In this document: positions 48,491 through 61,100 of the stretch, in pieces
Layout: each line of letters starts with the position of its first letter
How positions within the stretch are numbered: the first letter of the stretch is position 1
DNA from: Nageia nagi
Taxonomy: Eukaryota > Plantae > Pinophyta
Length of the DNA: 64,000 nt
NCBI GenBank assembly: GCA_050084985.1
Contig: JBITNC010000001.1
Location: forward strand, 154,132,001 to 154,196,000
Direction: 5' to 3'
Position numbers and translations under genes: made by a program
Notes under the pieces: model-generated
What the model saw: only the letters and a program-made list of their open reading frames with translations
What the model was told of the DNA's origin: nothing
Databases searched by the model: none

Positions 48491-51129
48491 GCAAAATATT
48501 TAACCTCTTTGATTAAGCGATCATATTAATCTCCTATTTGTTTATAAAAAATAATCCTACAACTATATGTTTGTAAATACTTTGAGGTAAACTTTTATCA
48601 TAGGTTTTATAATAAAATTAAGTTTAAAAAAGATATTAAAAGACTTATCTTTCTATCTATTCACTTATAGATAAACTTTTGAAGGTCCTACAAATGATTG
48701 TTGGTAAGGTTTTCAAACCTGTTGGTTAAGTGGTCACAATAATATCCTATGTGTTTGTGAGAAGAAATCATTCAACTATATGTTTGTAAATACTTTTGAA
48801 TATAGTTTGATAGGTCCTAGATATGAGACATTATTATTAATTCTCACAATTGAGGTTCCTAAGATAATTAATAGGAGTGTAAAATAACTTGATTACTTAT
48901 AGAATTTAGTAGTTGTACAAGCAAAATTCTAAGAATAAATCTAATAGTAGGAGTACAAACATGACCTAGAGGTTTCATTTTAAGTGGTATATGGAAGGAA
49001 CTTTTGAAAATGGAAATAAGCCTAATAAATAATCCATGATCATGTGAAGAAGAGTTTATTAATTAAATAATTTATCAATCATTTGAAGAAGTTCCATGAG
49101 AATGTTGAAAAGCACCTAAAATTATAAAATGATATGAAGATTAAAAGACATACTTGCATTATTTTCCAAATTAATTGAATTTAAATCTTCATTCAATGGT
49201 GCATTCTCCTTTTCAACAAATGCAACATCTACAATCATATCTACATTCATGTTCTCTTCAATATCCTCTTCAATTGAGATGGAACTTTTAGGTGCTTCAT
49301 TACAATTCAATTCTTTATTTTATGATCTTTTTCTCTTTTCCTTTTTGCATCCTTCTCTCTTTTTGCAAGAATATATTTAGATTACATGACCTTCCTTCCT
49401 CTCTATATTTGGCATTTTTTATCACCCATGATGTTGATTAACTTGAGAAGTTTACAAATTCAACGTTGTATATATTCAAAAGATAATCATAATTGCAATG
49501 GTTACTTTAAGATTTAAGGCCTTAATTCTCTTCATAAAAAACTTAATTCATCTTCAAATTAACTAAAATACATTCCAACTTGGATCTCAACCTTAGTATA
49601 TTGATTGAATAATGTACATACATATGAAAAAACCAAGATAATTCCTACAAAAAAATGTCACTATTGATCATGCCCCTACAAAAACCTGCCCATCAACATC
49701 AAATTTCATCTTGCAAAAGATTAGGTAAGCCAATCTTGTGCCGGACCTATAAGTAAATGCCCATGGTTGATTTCACTATAAAATTGTAACTTCAAGCATA
49801 TATGTTATGGTGATTTTGATTGAATTTTATCAAGAAATTAAAACCCATTTTAGATGAAAGAGTGAAGAATTCAAATATGTAATTTTTTAAGAATTGGAGT
49901 ATATTTTAATTTTTCTATTAATTTTTGATGAAACTGGTCCATATACTTGAAATATGAGGGTCTTGTATTTTCTTAATAAGTTTTTGTTTTTTGAGAGTTA
50001 TGAAAAAAATTATACAGGGACAAGCTTCATAGAATTCTCTATAAGAATAAAAAAATTGAAAAAATATTAAGTTTAGATCAAATTATGTAGGATGGACATG
50101 AGCACTTTTCAAAACCACAAACATGCCTATTACAAAATTAATAAAAAAAATATTGATGAAATTATGGAAAAATATCCAAGATAAGATCCAATGTCTTAGG
50201 TATCTATTCCAAAAAGGATTTTTAAAAATACATTGATTTTATTAAAATTATGTGGGATGGACATGTGCATGATATAGTCCAAAAATGGTTTTTTTTTTTT
50301 TTAAAGTGGTTTTTGTTCATCCTATTGAATTTTAAATTCTATGTTTTGCATATTAGAATAAATTATATATTTGAAAACTAGACTGAGCATTGTAGTTTCA
50401 TCCTAGTGACCTTTTTCATAATTCCATGTCTAAGTGCTTCAAATTTTGAGATCAATCATACCCAAACTTGAAAATCAAGGAAAACACTTCCATTTTTTGG
50501 CCTTAAAGTGGACCCAACTTCCTAAATAATACACAACCCTTAACATCCTCAACATTTAGCACCTTTGATATTCTATACACAACCATTACAATGAAATAAT
50601 ACCATATTTCTAAAAAATTTTATAATATTTCAAATAAATATTCCTAAATTTTTCAATTATTTATATAAATTATAAATATTATCCATATATTATTTACTAG
50701 AACTAGCCAAATTACTCATTAATAATGATTTTCTCTACATAATATATTGAACAAAAATATACTTAAGGAAATAAAAGATTATTTTAATAAAAAATACTTT
50801 AGATATATTTTTTATCAATTCATTCTAATATAATAAGATATTATATAAATTACACTCATTAGTATTAGATTTTGGAAATGGTCAAGAGTGAGAATAAGGA
50901 GATGATAAAAAGACTATTGTAGGTTTGAATGGTGGAGAAACCATGGGATACTAACAAAACTTTGATCCTAGTATAGGCATGTGCACCTTTGGAATGATCT
51001 TATGTCCATTTGACCCAAGTGATAAATTTAAGCTATATGGATCTATTCCCTCTCCTTGTTCGATGATCGAGGGATGAAAATCTTATGAAAATGGGGTACA
51101 AGGAATTATAAAGAAACCATGAATGATGC

Positions 51130-51900
51130 CTTATTTTGATCTCCATTTTGCATCAAAGTAATTTTAGTATCCCTAAGGATATCATTACTTATTCTATGGA
51201 TAGAGGAGCATTTGAACTTATAGGAAAGATTTTTTGCCTAAAATCAAACCTAAATTTATTAATTTGTAGTTTAAGAAAAGAAAACCTTTCAAGAGGATTC
51301 TTCTTCTCAAGAATTAACCATAAAGAGGACATGACATAAATCTTGATGTATGGTCCATGTTTTCTTGGATAGAATAGTTTTTTCTACATATATAGGGTGT
51401 TGAATTTTATCACAATACCTAGAAGATCAAATTAACCCATTTAAAGATCAAACTCCATTGACTACTTATCCAATTTTAGCATAATGATATTCTAATGGGT
51501 ATAGCTCGATCAATTGCGTATTTGATTACATTGGATGATGAAATAAAAATGAAATCCTAAATGAATTTCATTAGAATTAATATGCATGTAGGGCTAGAGG
51601 AACATATACCCATGTAATTTATTGTACTAGATATAGTTTATAAATATGATCAAACTTATTGAGTATAAAAATAAGTTGCTTAACTTCTTTCTTAGTTGGG
51701 TAATTAGAAATTTAACTACTCAATGCTCAAGGAAGAAAGAAGGGATGCCTGTGAAGAAACCCAAGGTGAAAAATCCCTCTAAGGAGGATGATTTATCTAT
51801 CTCAAAGGCCTTGTCTAATAAATAAAATCCCATTGAAGGGAAGGACTCGTCAAACCTAATGAACCTTGTATTTGACTTTGGCTCTCCATGGATACCTATA
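51130..51900 (+). pseudogene. Decayed L1 ORF1 (DUF4283-like)
   Basis: LIGKIF...LSRGFFFSRINHKEDM..ILMYGPCFLG resembles GFF.F.F...ED..VL.GPW. Confidence 0.6.
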
Positions 51901-52652
51901 ACTAATTTTCTACCACCAATTTTACATATATAAAATAATTTAACCACAAAAGGTATTTTCTATTATTAAGATAAAATCACAAAGTAGTAAGTTAAGATAT
52001 GCTAACTTTAGTAGATTACCTAGAACCTAATCATGATATAAGATTCTTCTTGCAAGTTATAAGTAAGTGAATTAATTCACCTTTGCTAACCTTAGTCAAA
52101 TTTCTCTCATATAAAGGCTTCTAATAATTGAATAAATAAAATGAAAGGAAATACCTTATATGGATGATAATTTTGAGTATTCATAGAATTGAAGGTATTT
52201 AGAACAAAGTTGAGAATTTTAATTCTTATACATTAGAAGTTGATGGCCATATTGATCCTCTGTAGATAAATCTACATTTATAGTATTACCTCTATTTTGC
52301 TTTAGAAATCTGAAATATTAAATTCTTGAATTTCCATATTTTAAACAACAAAATCAATTACATTTCCAAAGATCATAACACACTAGATTCCAGAATTCAA
52401 ATCTATAAATGCTTAAAAGTATGTTCACTCCTAAATAACCATGCATTTAAAGAAGAAAATAGCAAAATTTTTTTCTAACATTGCAAGATGAATCCTCTTT
52501 CTAAGTTCTTATTTCCATTCTACTTGATTTTTCAAATGAAAAAAATTAGGCATGTAAATTCCTTTAAATACAAAAAATATTCAACAAATTTATATATTAC
52601 ATAATCCAAATATATAATAATCTAGAAGGTGTATATTACAGTTGAATACCTG

Positions 52653-52712
<60 letters not shown>

Positions 52713-52868
52713 ATATTAAGTAAAATTCTAGAATAAAACTTCAATAATATTAGAAAACCTTCATCCCTAACACTAACAAAGTTGTGAGTCTTCCTAAATA
52801 CAATTGACTTACTTCTACATTTCAATATTGTAATAAAGGTCTCAACAATCCACTACTATATATATATA

Positions 52869-52921
<53 letters not shown>

Positions 52922-52981
52922 GTGGATTTAGGTTTTCTAATATTATTGAAGTTTTATTCTAGAATTTTACTTAATATAGAT
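52653..52981. repeat. (CT)n(AT)n and (AT)n microsatellites with a perfect 52-bp inverted repeat
   Basis: 52709-52760 is the reverse complement of 52930-52981. AATCCACTAC and GTAGTGGATT flank the (TA)n tract at 52857-52918. Confidence 0.93.
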
Positions 52982-54637
52982 TTAGGTTTTTAAGATAATA
53001 ACTATGTGAAAATAAATACTTACAAGTTTTTAAAGAAAATGCATAAAATGATTAGCAATATTGAGTTCACATTAATGTATAAGGCTATTTAACTTTATTG
53101 TTAAGCTACAAATAACTATAATCATATAATTTCAATTACAATCTTAATAAATATTGAGGTGGTAGATGATGGTGGGTAAAAAATGATAATAAGAATAATA
53201 AATATACATTGTATAATTAAAGTCATGAAAGTAAACGTATTTAGTTTTACTAATGATATTTAGATATCATTATGATTTTGAAGATCATGGATCTTATTTT
53301 AGAACTTAAATTTAGAATATCATTATAATGGTTCATGGTAGATTTAACTCTTTTCATGATTTTTATTTTCCTATTTTGATTTTTATTAAAGGGCATCAAG
53401 AAAATAAATATAAAGTACCTCTTTTATGCTTTTGTTAGATGTGAGGGATGAGATATTAATGTCATTGTGGTGTATGTAGTATCTCAATAATACACAGTTG
53501 AAACTTGAAATTAATTTAATTTTTCAAATAAATTAATTTTAATTATTTGATATTTTTATGCTATTATCTAATTCTTTGAACTATGATCATATTGTTCAAC
53601 AATATCAATGATAATATACTAGTTATCAAGCCTTTATATATGTTGCCAATCTTCAATATAATATACTTTTATATTAATTTTAAATATCTAACTTAAACTT
53701 AACTTTGATTACAACTACTTAAGAAGCTTATAATAAAGAGAAAACTCCATCCTAGTGTTCATACAATTGATATAAATAAATATAAACTAACATAAAATTT
53801 CTAAATTAATGAAACTCAAAACACAATCACATTCAAACATAATTCCTAATGATCCTTTAAAAAATTAAAAAGAAAATACATATAAAAATATTTACTTTAA
53901 AAATATACAATCTAAGATACATATAAAATTGTATCCATTAGTTTTAAAAGAATTAGAGAATAAGAGGATATTCCACTCTCCAAAATATAAAATAAGTTTA
54001 AATACCTTTTACAAATTAAAAAAATTAAAATCAAAGGTGTAATATAAATAACTGTTGCACTATCAATATATAAATAGCATAGAGACACTTACTTACTGGG
54101 AATGGCAAATAATCCTTATAACAAAGGTATCTAAAAATCAACTTAACACAACCATTGCATGACAGTCATTTTAGTACATGAAATAATAGCTTAGCATCAC
54201 TTTATTGACTAAGAATTGAGCATAAGCCATCTTGAAAAGAAATTATTAAGCATAAGTCATCTTGAAAAGAAGGTTAAATTGAATTGCTAAGATGAGATAG
54301 CAGAAGTATAGTACTCAATGAAGGGCAGCTGAGGACAAAATCATATCTAAAGTGGAAGTGAAGTTAATATAGCTTTGATGTCCACTAATAGGAACCCATG
54401 CACATATTGAGGATGATAGAAAGTTTAAAAAGCTTCATACTAAATTGAATATAGCTTTAAGGTGCTTCTCTTTGAATAGGGAAGTAGGGATTAGTCTACT
54501 TAAGGAGGAAACATATTGTGTTGACAAATTTTTCTTTGAATTTCATTTCATTTTCATCTTTCCCAAAGTGTAATCCCTTAATTGAGTGAAATTATTTTAG
54601 AGCATCTTACCATTTACCTCTTTCCTCATTGCTCACA

Positions 54638-56205
54638 TCCATCATGCATGTGTTGGAGAGGTTTAAGTAATACCTAGTTTGTGGTCCATTCATCATATAA
54701 AGTGGTCACAATAGTTTGAAGTACTTTCTCATTCAATTAGGTTTGACTAAAAAACAATAAATGTGGGTGGGTGAGTAAGCTTCAATATTTGGATTTTGAG
54801 ATCTAATATATCAATGGAATAAATAATATAGTAGCTAACACATTATCTAGGAACCTCTCCTTTTACTCTCTCTCCTCTATCATTGCTGATTGGAAGAGGA
54901 ATAGGATATTCCTAACTTTGAAATATAAGGTGAAGAATAATGTACTCCATGAGTTGCATAACACCCCTCTTGTAAGACATCAAAGCATTACTAAAATCTA
55001 TTAGTAAGTAAGGGAAAGATTCACTAGGAAGGGGCTGAAGTAGGACATTTTGAGGCAAGTATAGAAGTGTGTATAGTGTCAAGAAAGTAAGGAGGAGCAT
55101 GTGAAAGCAATAGGGTTGCTCCAACCATTTTCCATTCCTTGGAAGAAATGGGAAGACATCTCCATGGACTTCATCATTGGCCTCCCTAAGATATAAGGCA
55201 AACATAGCATCTTTGTGGTGGTGGATAGGATACCAAGTTTTCCCATTTCTTAGCCATCACTATCACATACACAATAGCACAATTGGTTGACATGTTCTTC
55301 AAGGAGATTTTCATATTGTATGGGTTTCCTAGGAGGATTGTGAGTGATAGGGATAGCAAGCTCATGAGCTTGTTTTGGCAAGAATTATTCCAATTAAGCA
55401 AAACCAACCTCACTCCAAGCACTAGCTACCATCCCTAAAAACATGGAAACATAGGAATCATCAATAGGTGGATGGAGGGGTACTTGAGACACTATGTGAC
55501 GGGAAAAAAACAAATGTGCATTAAGTAGATCCATTTCTATAATTCCACTTATCATATGCAGATCAAAATATACCCTTTCAGGGCTTTGTATGGTTATGTT
55601 CCTCCTAACCTTATAGACTTGATTTTTGATGAAGGTAGGGTTCCAAAAGCTAAAGATTTCTTGCAAGAATACCAAGGCATCATGAGGGCATTAAAGGATA
55701 AACTATAGATGGATAAGAATTAGAAAATGAAGTCCTATGATCAAAACTAGACAAAGAGGATATTTGAGGTAGGAGACATGGTGTACTTGAGGTTGCATCC
55801 ATTCTAGAAATCTTCAATTAAGAAAAGGAGAGCAGAGAAGCTACAACCTAGGTCCTTTGGTCCATACAATATCCTGAGCAAAGTAGGAGGGGATTCCTAA
55901 GAGTTGGAGATTTCCCAAGTGAGAAAGATCTACAACACTTTCCATGTATGACTCTTGAAGAAGGATGTGGGACAACATGATGTTTCTTCCACTTCTCTAC
56001 CCCTACTTGATGATGAGGGACAACTGATTTAGGTTCCTAATAGAGTTCTAGAGACTAGGATCAAGAAGCTAAGATTTAGATAGATTCAAGAGTATTTGAT
56101 CAAATGGAGGGATTTTCTAAATGAGGACTCTACATGGTAAGGGGCAAAGATACTTGCACATACTATGTTGAATTTCTTAAGAGAAAGCAATCTTGAGAGG
56201 GGAGG
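54638..56205 (+). pseudogene. Chromovirus pol 3' half: RNase H end, integrase, chromodomain, PPT
   Basis: HNSLKYFL, NIVANTLSR, WEDISMDFIIGLP, IVSDRD, GPY, EYLIKWRDFLNEDSTW; PPT GAGAGGGGAGG at 56195-56205. Confidence 0.9.
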
Positions 56206-56208
56206 CTT

Positions 56209-57423
56209 TGTGACATGCCCCTTGCATCCTTTTAATTAATTATGGAATCCAAAAAATTCCCCTTTGTAATATATTTTATCATTGCATTGTACTTTTGAGT
56301 TATGACTTGGTATAGAAGAATTAAAGGGTCAGTAGACCTCACTACGAGCCCCAAGTGGGACATTTACCTCCCAAGCATAGAAGAGGAGTTTTCTTGTACT
56401 TAGAGATCTTGATCATGATTATGGAAAATCCAAGGTCTTTTTAGCACTTAGATGGATGGATGATCTCTTGTGTATATGTGCCATCCTTAGGGAGACTCTT
56501 ATACCTCGACATTGGTCCATGATGACACCTAACCCCCATGCATAACCCTTAGATCCATGTTAGGCATGCATGGTACTCCATACCCCCATGGTGGTATTTA
56601 TGGCACTCTAGGCCCCCATGGTGGCATGCTTGACCCATAGGCACCCACATTGATCATTATTCAATCCCTAGGAGGGTAACATTAAATTAGAGGAGCTAGG
56701 AATGATTCCTAGGTGAGTTCTAGATCTAGTAAAGTGTTATAAAAAGGCATTGGAACCTCATACCTAGATATGCTTGATTATTATTACACTTATATCATCC
56801 AGAGGATAAGAAGACTTAGTGACACTAATCAAACCACTAGGTGCAACATGTAGGAGGATTAATAGGATGAGGGATCCTGTTAGTCTATGATACTAGTGTA
56901 ACACCCTTACCCATTTAGTGGTATTCCAAGGTTATGCTTCTACTATTCAGTTGGTCACCAAGATCAAAGGAGAGTTCCTTTGATGGAGAGGATTTAGGTT
57001 CTAAAGGAGAAAGATTATCCCATTGTTCCATTCATTCATCCAGCATTGAGGATATACATGGTGCCCTAGTTGTCTCTTTGGAGGCCAGCATTTAGCTCTA
57101 GGAGCTCTATATATTATTATTACTTTATTCATATCTTCTATATAGCCATTGGGTATTTGTATCTCTTATTTATGTTGTGCATACTTTTCTATTAGCATCA
57201 TTGGATTAATTTTGCATGTATGTGTTTGTATGAGCTAGACATTGGTATTGTGAGATCGTGTTGGTTGATAACTAGTAATTATAGTTGGATGTTGGTATAT
57301 ATTCATTTTTGGAGTTTGATTCGAATTTTCTAATCCATATGTTAGGGTTTATTAGGTTGAATTTGCTAATTTGCACTTGAGATTATATTCAAACCTGGAT
57401 CTTGGCAAGGACATATTATATCA
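56209..57423 (+). repeat. 3' LTR of the chromovirus, same family as the solo LTR 386-1523
   Basis: TG start right after the PPT; inverted homology to 386-1523; TATAAAA at ~56738. Right end approximate. Confidence 0.8.
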
Positions 57424-57429
57424 AGATAC

Positions 57430-58180
57430 CAAGAGAAGAGGGCATCTTAGGGAGCTCAGTATGATAGGAATCTCAAGAATGTGGGTTTTGTACAACCCAT
57501 AGATCCATGGTTGGTAGATTCTTAATCTCTTACCTCATACTCAATTCCCTATCTAACCTATCATCCTCATGCAACTCTTCTCTTTCATTTAGAATAGGAC
57601 ATGGGGGGCTAATTCACCTCTTTGACTCCTCATGAACACCCACATGCCTATTTAGTTTCTATTGCATGGTGGTGATGATTCCTATCATGTTATTGATGGG
57701 CAAAATGAGCTCATTAAACTTCAATTCAAGTGTGAAATCTTTAAATAGAGTAAAGATTCTCCTCCTAGATGATGTAGATCTCTCTCTTGGCACATCCTCC
57801 TCTTCACCAAATGCACCTTCATTAGATGCTTCATTCATCTATGGCCTTTGTTCTTCCTCTTGGATGACCCTAGAATGTATATCCTCTACCTACGATCTTT
57901 CACTCTTCCTAGAAGATGCCATTTCCTTCCAAATGATGGATTTAGTGTAATAGCGATGAACTAATGGTAACATTCACAAGTTGGCCCAATCCAAACTTTG
58001 ATACCATTGTAAATATTGAAATACAATCTATGCACATATACCAATGTCTGGCTATAATTAGCAATTATTAGCCAATGTAAGCTCATAATACCAACATATG
58101 GATCCTACAAACACATACATACAAAAGTAATCCAACAATGCCAAAATATAAGTATGCACAACACAATTATGAGATCCAAA
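57430..58180 (-). mobile_element. Fragment of a related element: 5' LTR end, PBS and leader
   Basis: Minus strand ...TTTACA-A-TGGTATCAAAG (PBS 57996-58006). 58008-58180 resembles the reverse complement of ~57160-57300 and directly resembles ~480-630. Confidence 0.65.
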
Positions 58181-61100
58181 TATAATGAACACATTTTTGA
58201 GAACCTTTGTATAAAGTATTATATTTTATGTGTGGTGTGGATTTTATTATAATAAATTATATGGTGTGGTGAGAACTTAATAATAATAGCTTTATTATTA
58301 TTAAGTTAATAAAAAGGGAGATATAAGGATCATGTGAGTTTTAAATATTGAAATAAAGTGCCAAGGTGAAAATAAGAAATAATAAAATATTTAAAAGGTG
58401 ATTTAAGTCATTTCAGGGTTTCACTCCCTCAATGCAAAATTAGAATATCTATAAAAGGAGATGAGAGGTTCCCGCTTGGATATCAATTTGAGTTATTTAT
58501 TTGGATTCTCTCCAAAAAAAGAACCCTTAGTGGATGGATAGACATTGAGGATGAAAACCCACTTGAGGATAGACACTGAAGATAAAAACCCACTTGAGGA
58601 TAAACATTAAGGATGAAAACCTTCATTATCTAAGGAGCTTGAGATAAAAACCATAAAGTTTTTGATGGTTCTTCATCTCAAATCTACCCTAGGAGAGGGT
58701 TATTAACCAGTTGAGATAGATTTATCATTATTGATAGCTTTTGAGGCTCTTAGAGGATAGATATTGTAAACTTGGAGTTTTGTTTGGCTTGTTGGAAGGT
58801 CTATTTGATCACTTTATGTTGAGATTCCCATCATTTTCTACTTCAAACCTAGACATTGGCTTTCTAAGGATTATGGGACTATTTGTGAGGTCAAATCCTT
58901 ATCATTTTTTGCCCAATTTTGCATTAGATTGGGACATTTAGTATAGGAGATTAGACTGATAATTTTAGGGTGTTATTTGACTATTTAGGGTCCATATTCT
59001 CCAAATCTATATATTGCAACAAGACATTGGTTTCTTGGGTTAGATTTACAACATATTTGAGGTAATAAATTAACCTTGTACAAATTGACCTGTGAATTAC
59101 AATATTATATGTATCTACCATCTGGATTGAATCAATAAAAGCCTTATTTTGGTGCATATATATAGTGTTTTTGAATTATAAATGTGATAATTGAATAGAT
59201 CTAAGAATTATTCCCTCTGATCTATAAGTTTTAATGCAAAATTTGATTATTTTCATAGTTAGGATTTGAAAATTTTTAGAACTAGGTCATTTTAGTGGTA
59301 TCAAAGTTATGATTTTGTTATCTTATGGAGATTCTAGCTAGGGTTTTAAAGGAAAAATTAGATCAAGTATTTTTTAGTTGATGGGTATTAAAAATTTAGA
59401 AGTAATTCAATAGATTAAAGGTTTTTATGCTCATAGGTATTCTTATTTTCTGTTAATCTATGAGTTTTACAATGCAGCAATTTATTTTGGGATTTCTATG
59501 AACCAAATACTCCCAATATGTCACCAATATCATCTAAGGGGAAGGAGAAATCAACAAGATCAAATTGAAGAATATATTCAAGAAGAGGAATTATTTTATC
59601 AAATTGGGACAATGGTAGGGCAAGAAATAGGTCATGAATCAATTTTTTTTAAAAAAAAAAAAAAACTTAAGAAGAGGTTGAAATGAACATTAAATTGATA
59701 ATGTAAATTATGACTCAAATGGTACAACAACAAGCAAATATGTTGAAGCTATTAAAGGAGAAAATAAATGGAAAATAAGCCATATCCATGAATCATCTTG
59801 TAGCTAAGAAAAATCTCCTCCAAATAGGAGAACATCAAGTCATGTGTTATCTACTAGTCTACTACCAAAGCCATCAAAACCAATGTTCACTCAACAAGTT
59901 TTGGATCAAAAATTGAAGGTGATTTGGAATTATTTTTTGCTAAATATATGTTAAAATATGAAGCATTTATAACAGTTTTCAACTTTAAAAAATGGCTTAG
60001 AATTGTTGGTAAAAATGTTACAGGAACGGAAGAGGCTAGAAATAAAAAATTGCAATAGAAAACTCAAATTTCTATTTTCAATGGTAGTAAGGATATATTG
60101 TTAGCTAGAGCATGGATTTTAAAACTAAAAATTTATTTCACCTTGGAACCCATACTAAAAGAAGATGTAATATAGTTGGCTGCATTAAGTTTGGAAGGTG
60201 TTGCCTATGATTGGTGGCACAATGGACTTATTACTCAAGGACATGATAGAGTGACTACATTTGAAGATTTCAGTGCAAACATTTTGGGAAGATTTGATAG
60301 AAAGAATGTTGAATAATATTTTAAATAATTGTACACATTAAAACAATCATCTTCCTTGCATGAATACATAGAAGAGTTTGAAAATATTACTTTCTAGGTA
60401 TAGAATATTTCTCCTAGTAGAGTCACTTACTTGTTTATTGTTGGTTTGATTGATCCACTTAGAGGTTTAGCAAAAGGTTTTGAACCAAAAAATTTGGAGA
60501 GTGCTTTACAAAAGGCTCTTAAGTTAGAGTCTAAGTACCTTTCCCTCCAAAAATAAATACTTGATTCATAACTTGCCCAACAAATCATTCAAGAGTCCTT
60601 ACCCATAAACTTTTTAAAGGGGTACTCCATCAAAGTCATCTACAAGAGTTCCTCTTCCTCCTACATAATATTTTCCAAGGAGACCATTCCCACCCCTAAA
60701 AGGTAATAGGAAATTGGATCAAAATTCTAGAAATGAGTTAAGAAGAAAAAAGTTATATTTTGATTGTAAGAAACCTTGGGAGATCGATCATAGATGTCTT
60801 GGCAAAGGGGAAGTGCACTATATTGATGTATTTTAAAAGAGGAATTCGATAAGAAGTATACATCATTTGAAAGAAGACAAGAAGAATTTTATGATTTAAA
60901 GGAGTAATAAAATGCATCATTGAATGTGGCCACATCTCAAGTCAAAAATGTCACTATTTCTACTCCTTTGATAAGCACTTCTACTACAGGTACATTGGTC
61001 ACTTTGCATTGTGCTCCTTAATTTTTAATAATTAAGGTGTTAGGATATATTTTGGGTGAAGATGTAGTCATATTGATTGATGGTGGAGCAATACATAAAT

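Noticed and set aside
52622-52825. ORF with IYIYIY/ERERER runs (likewise 35310-35492 and 63511-63768)
   Set aside because: These are translations of microsatellite or low-complexity DNA.
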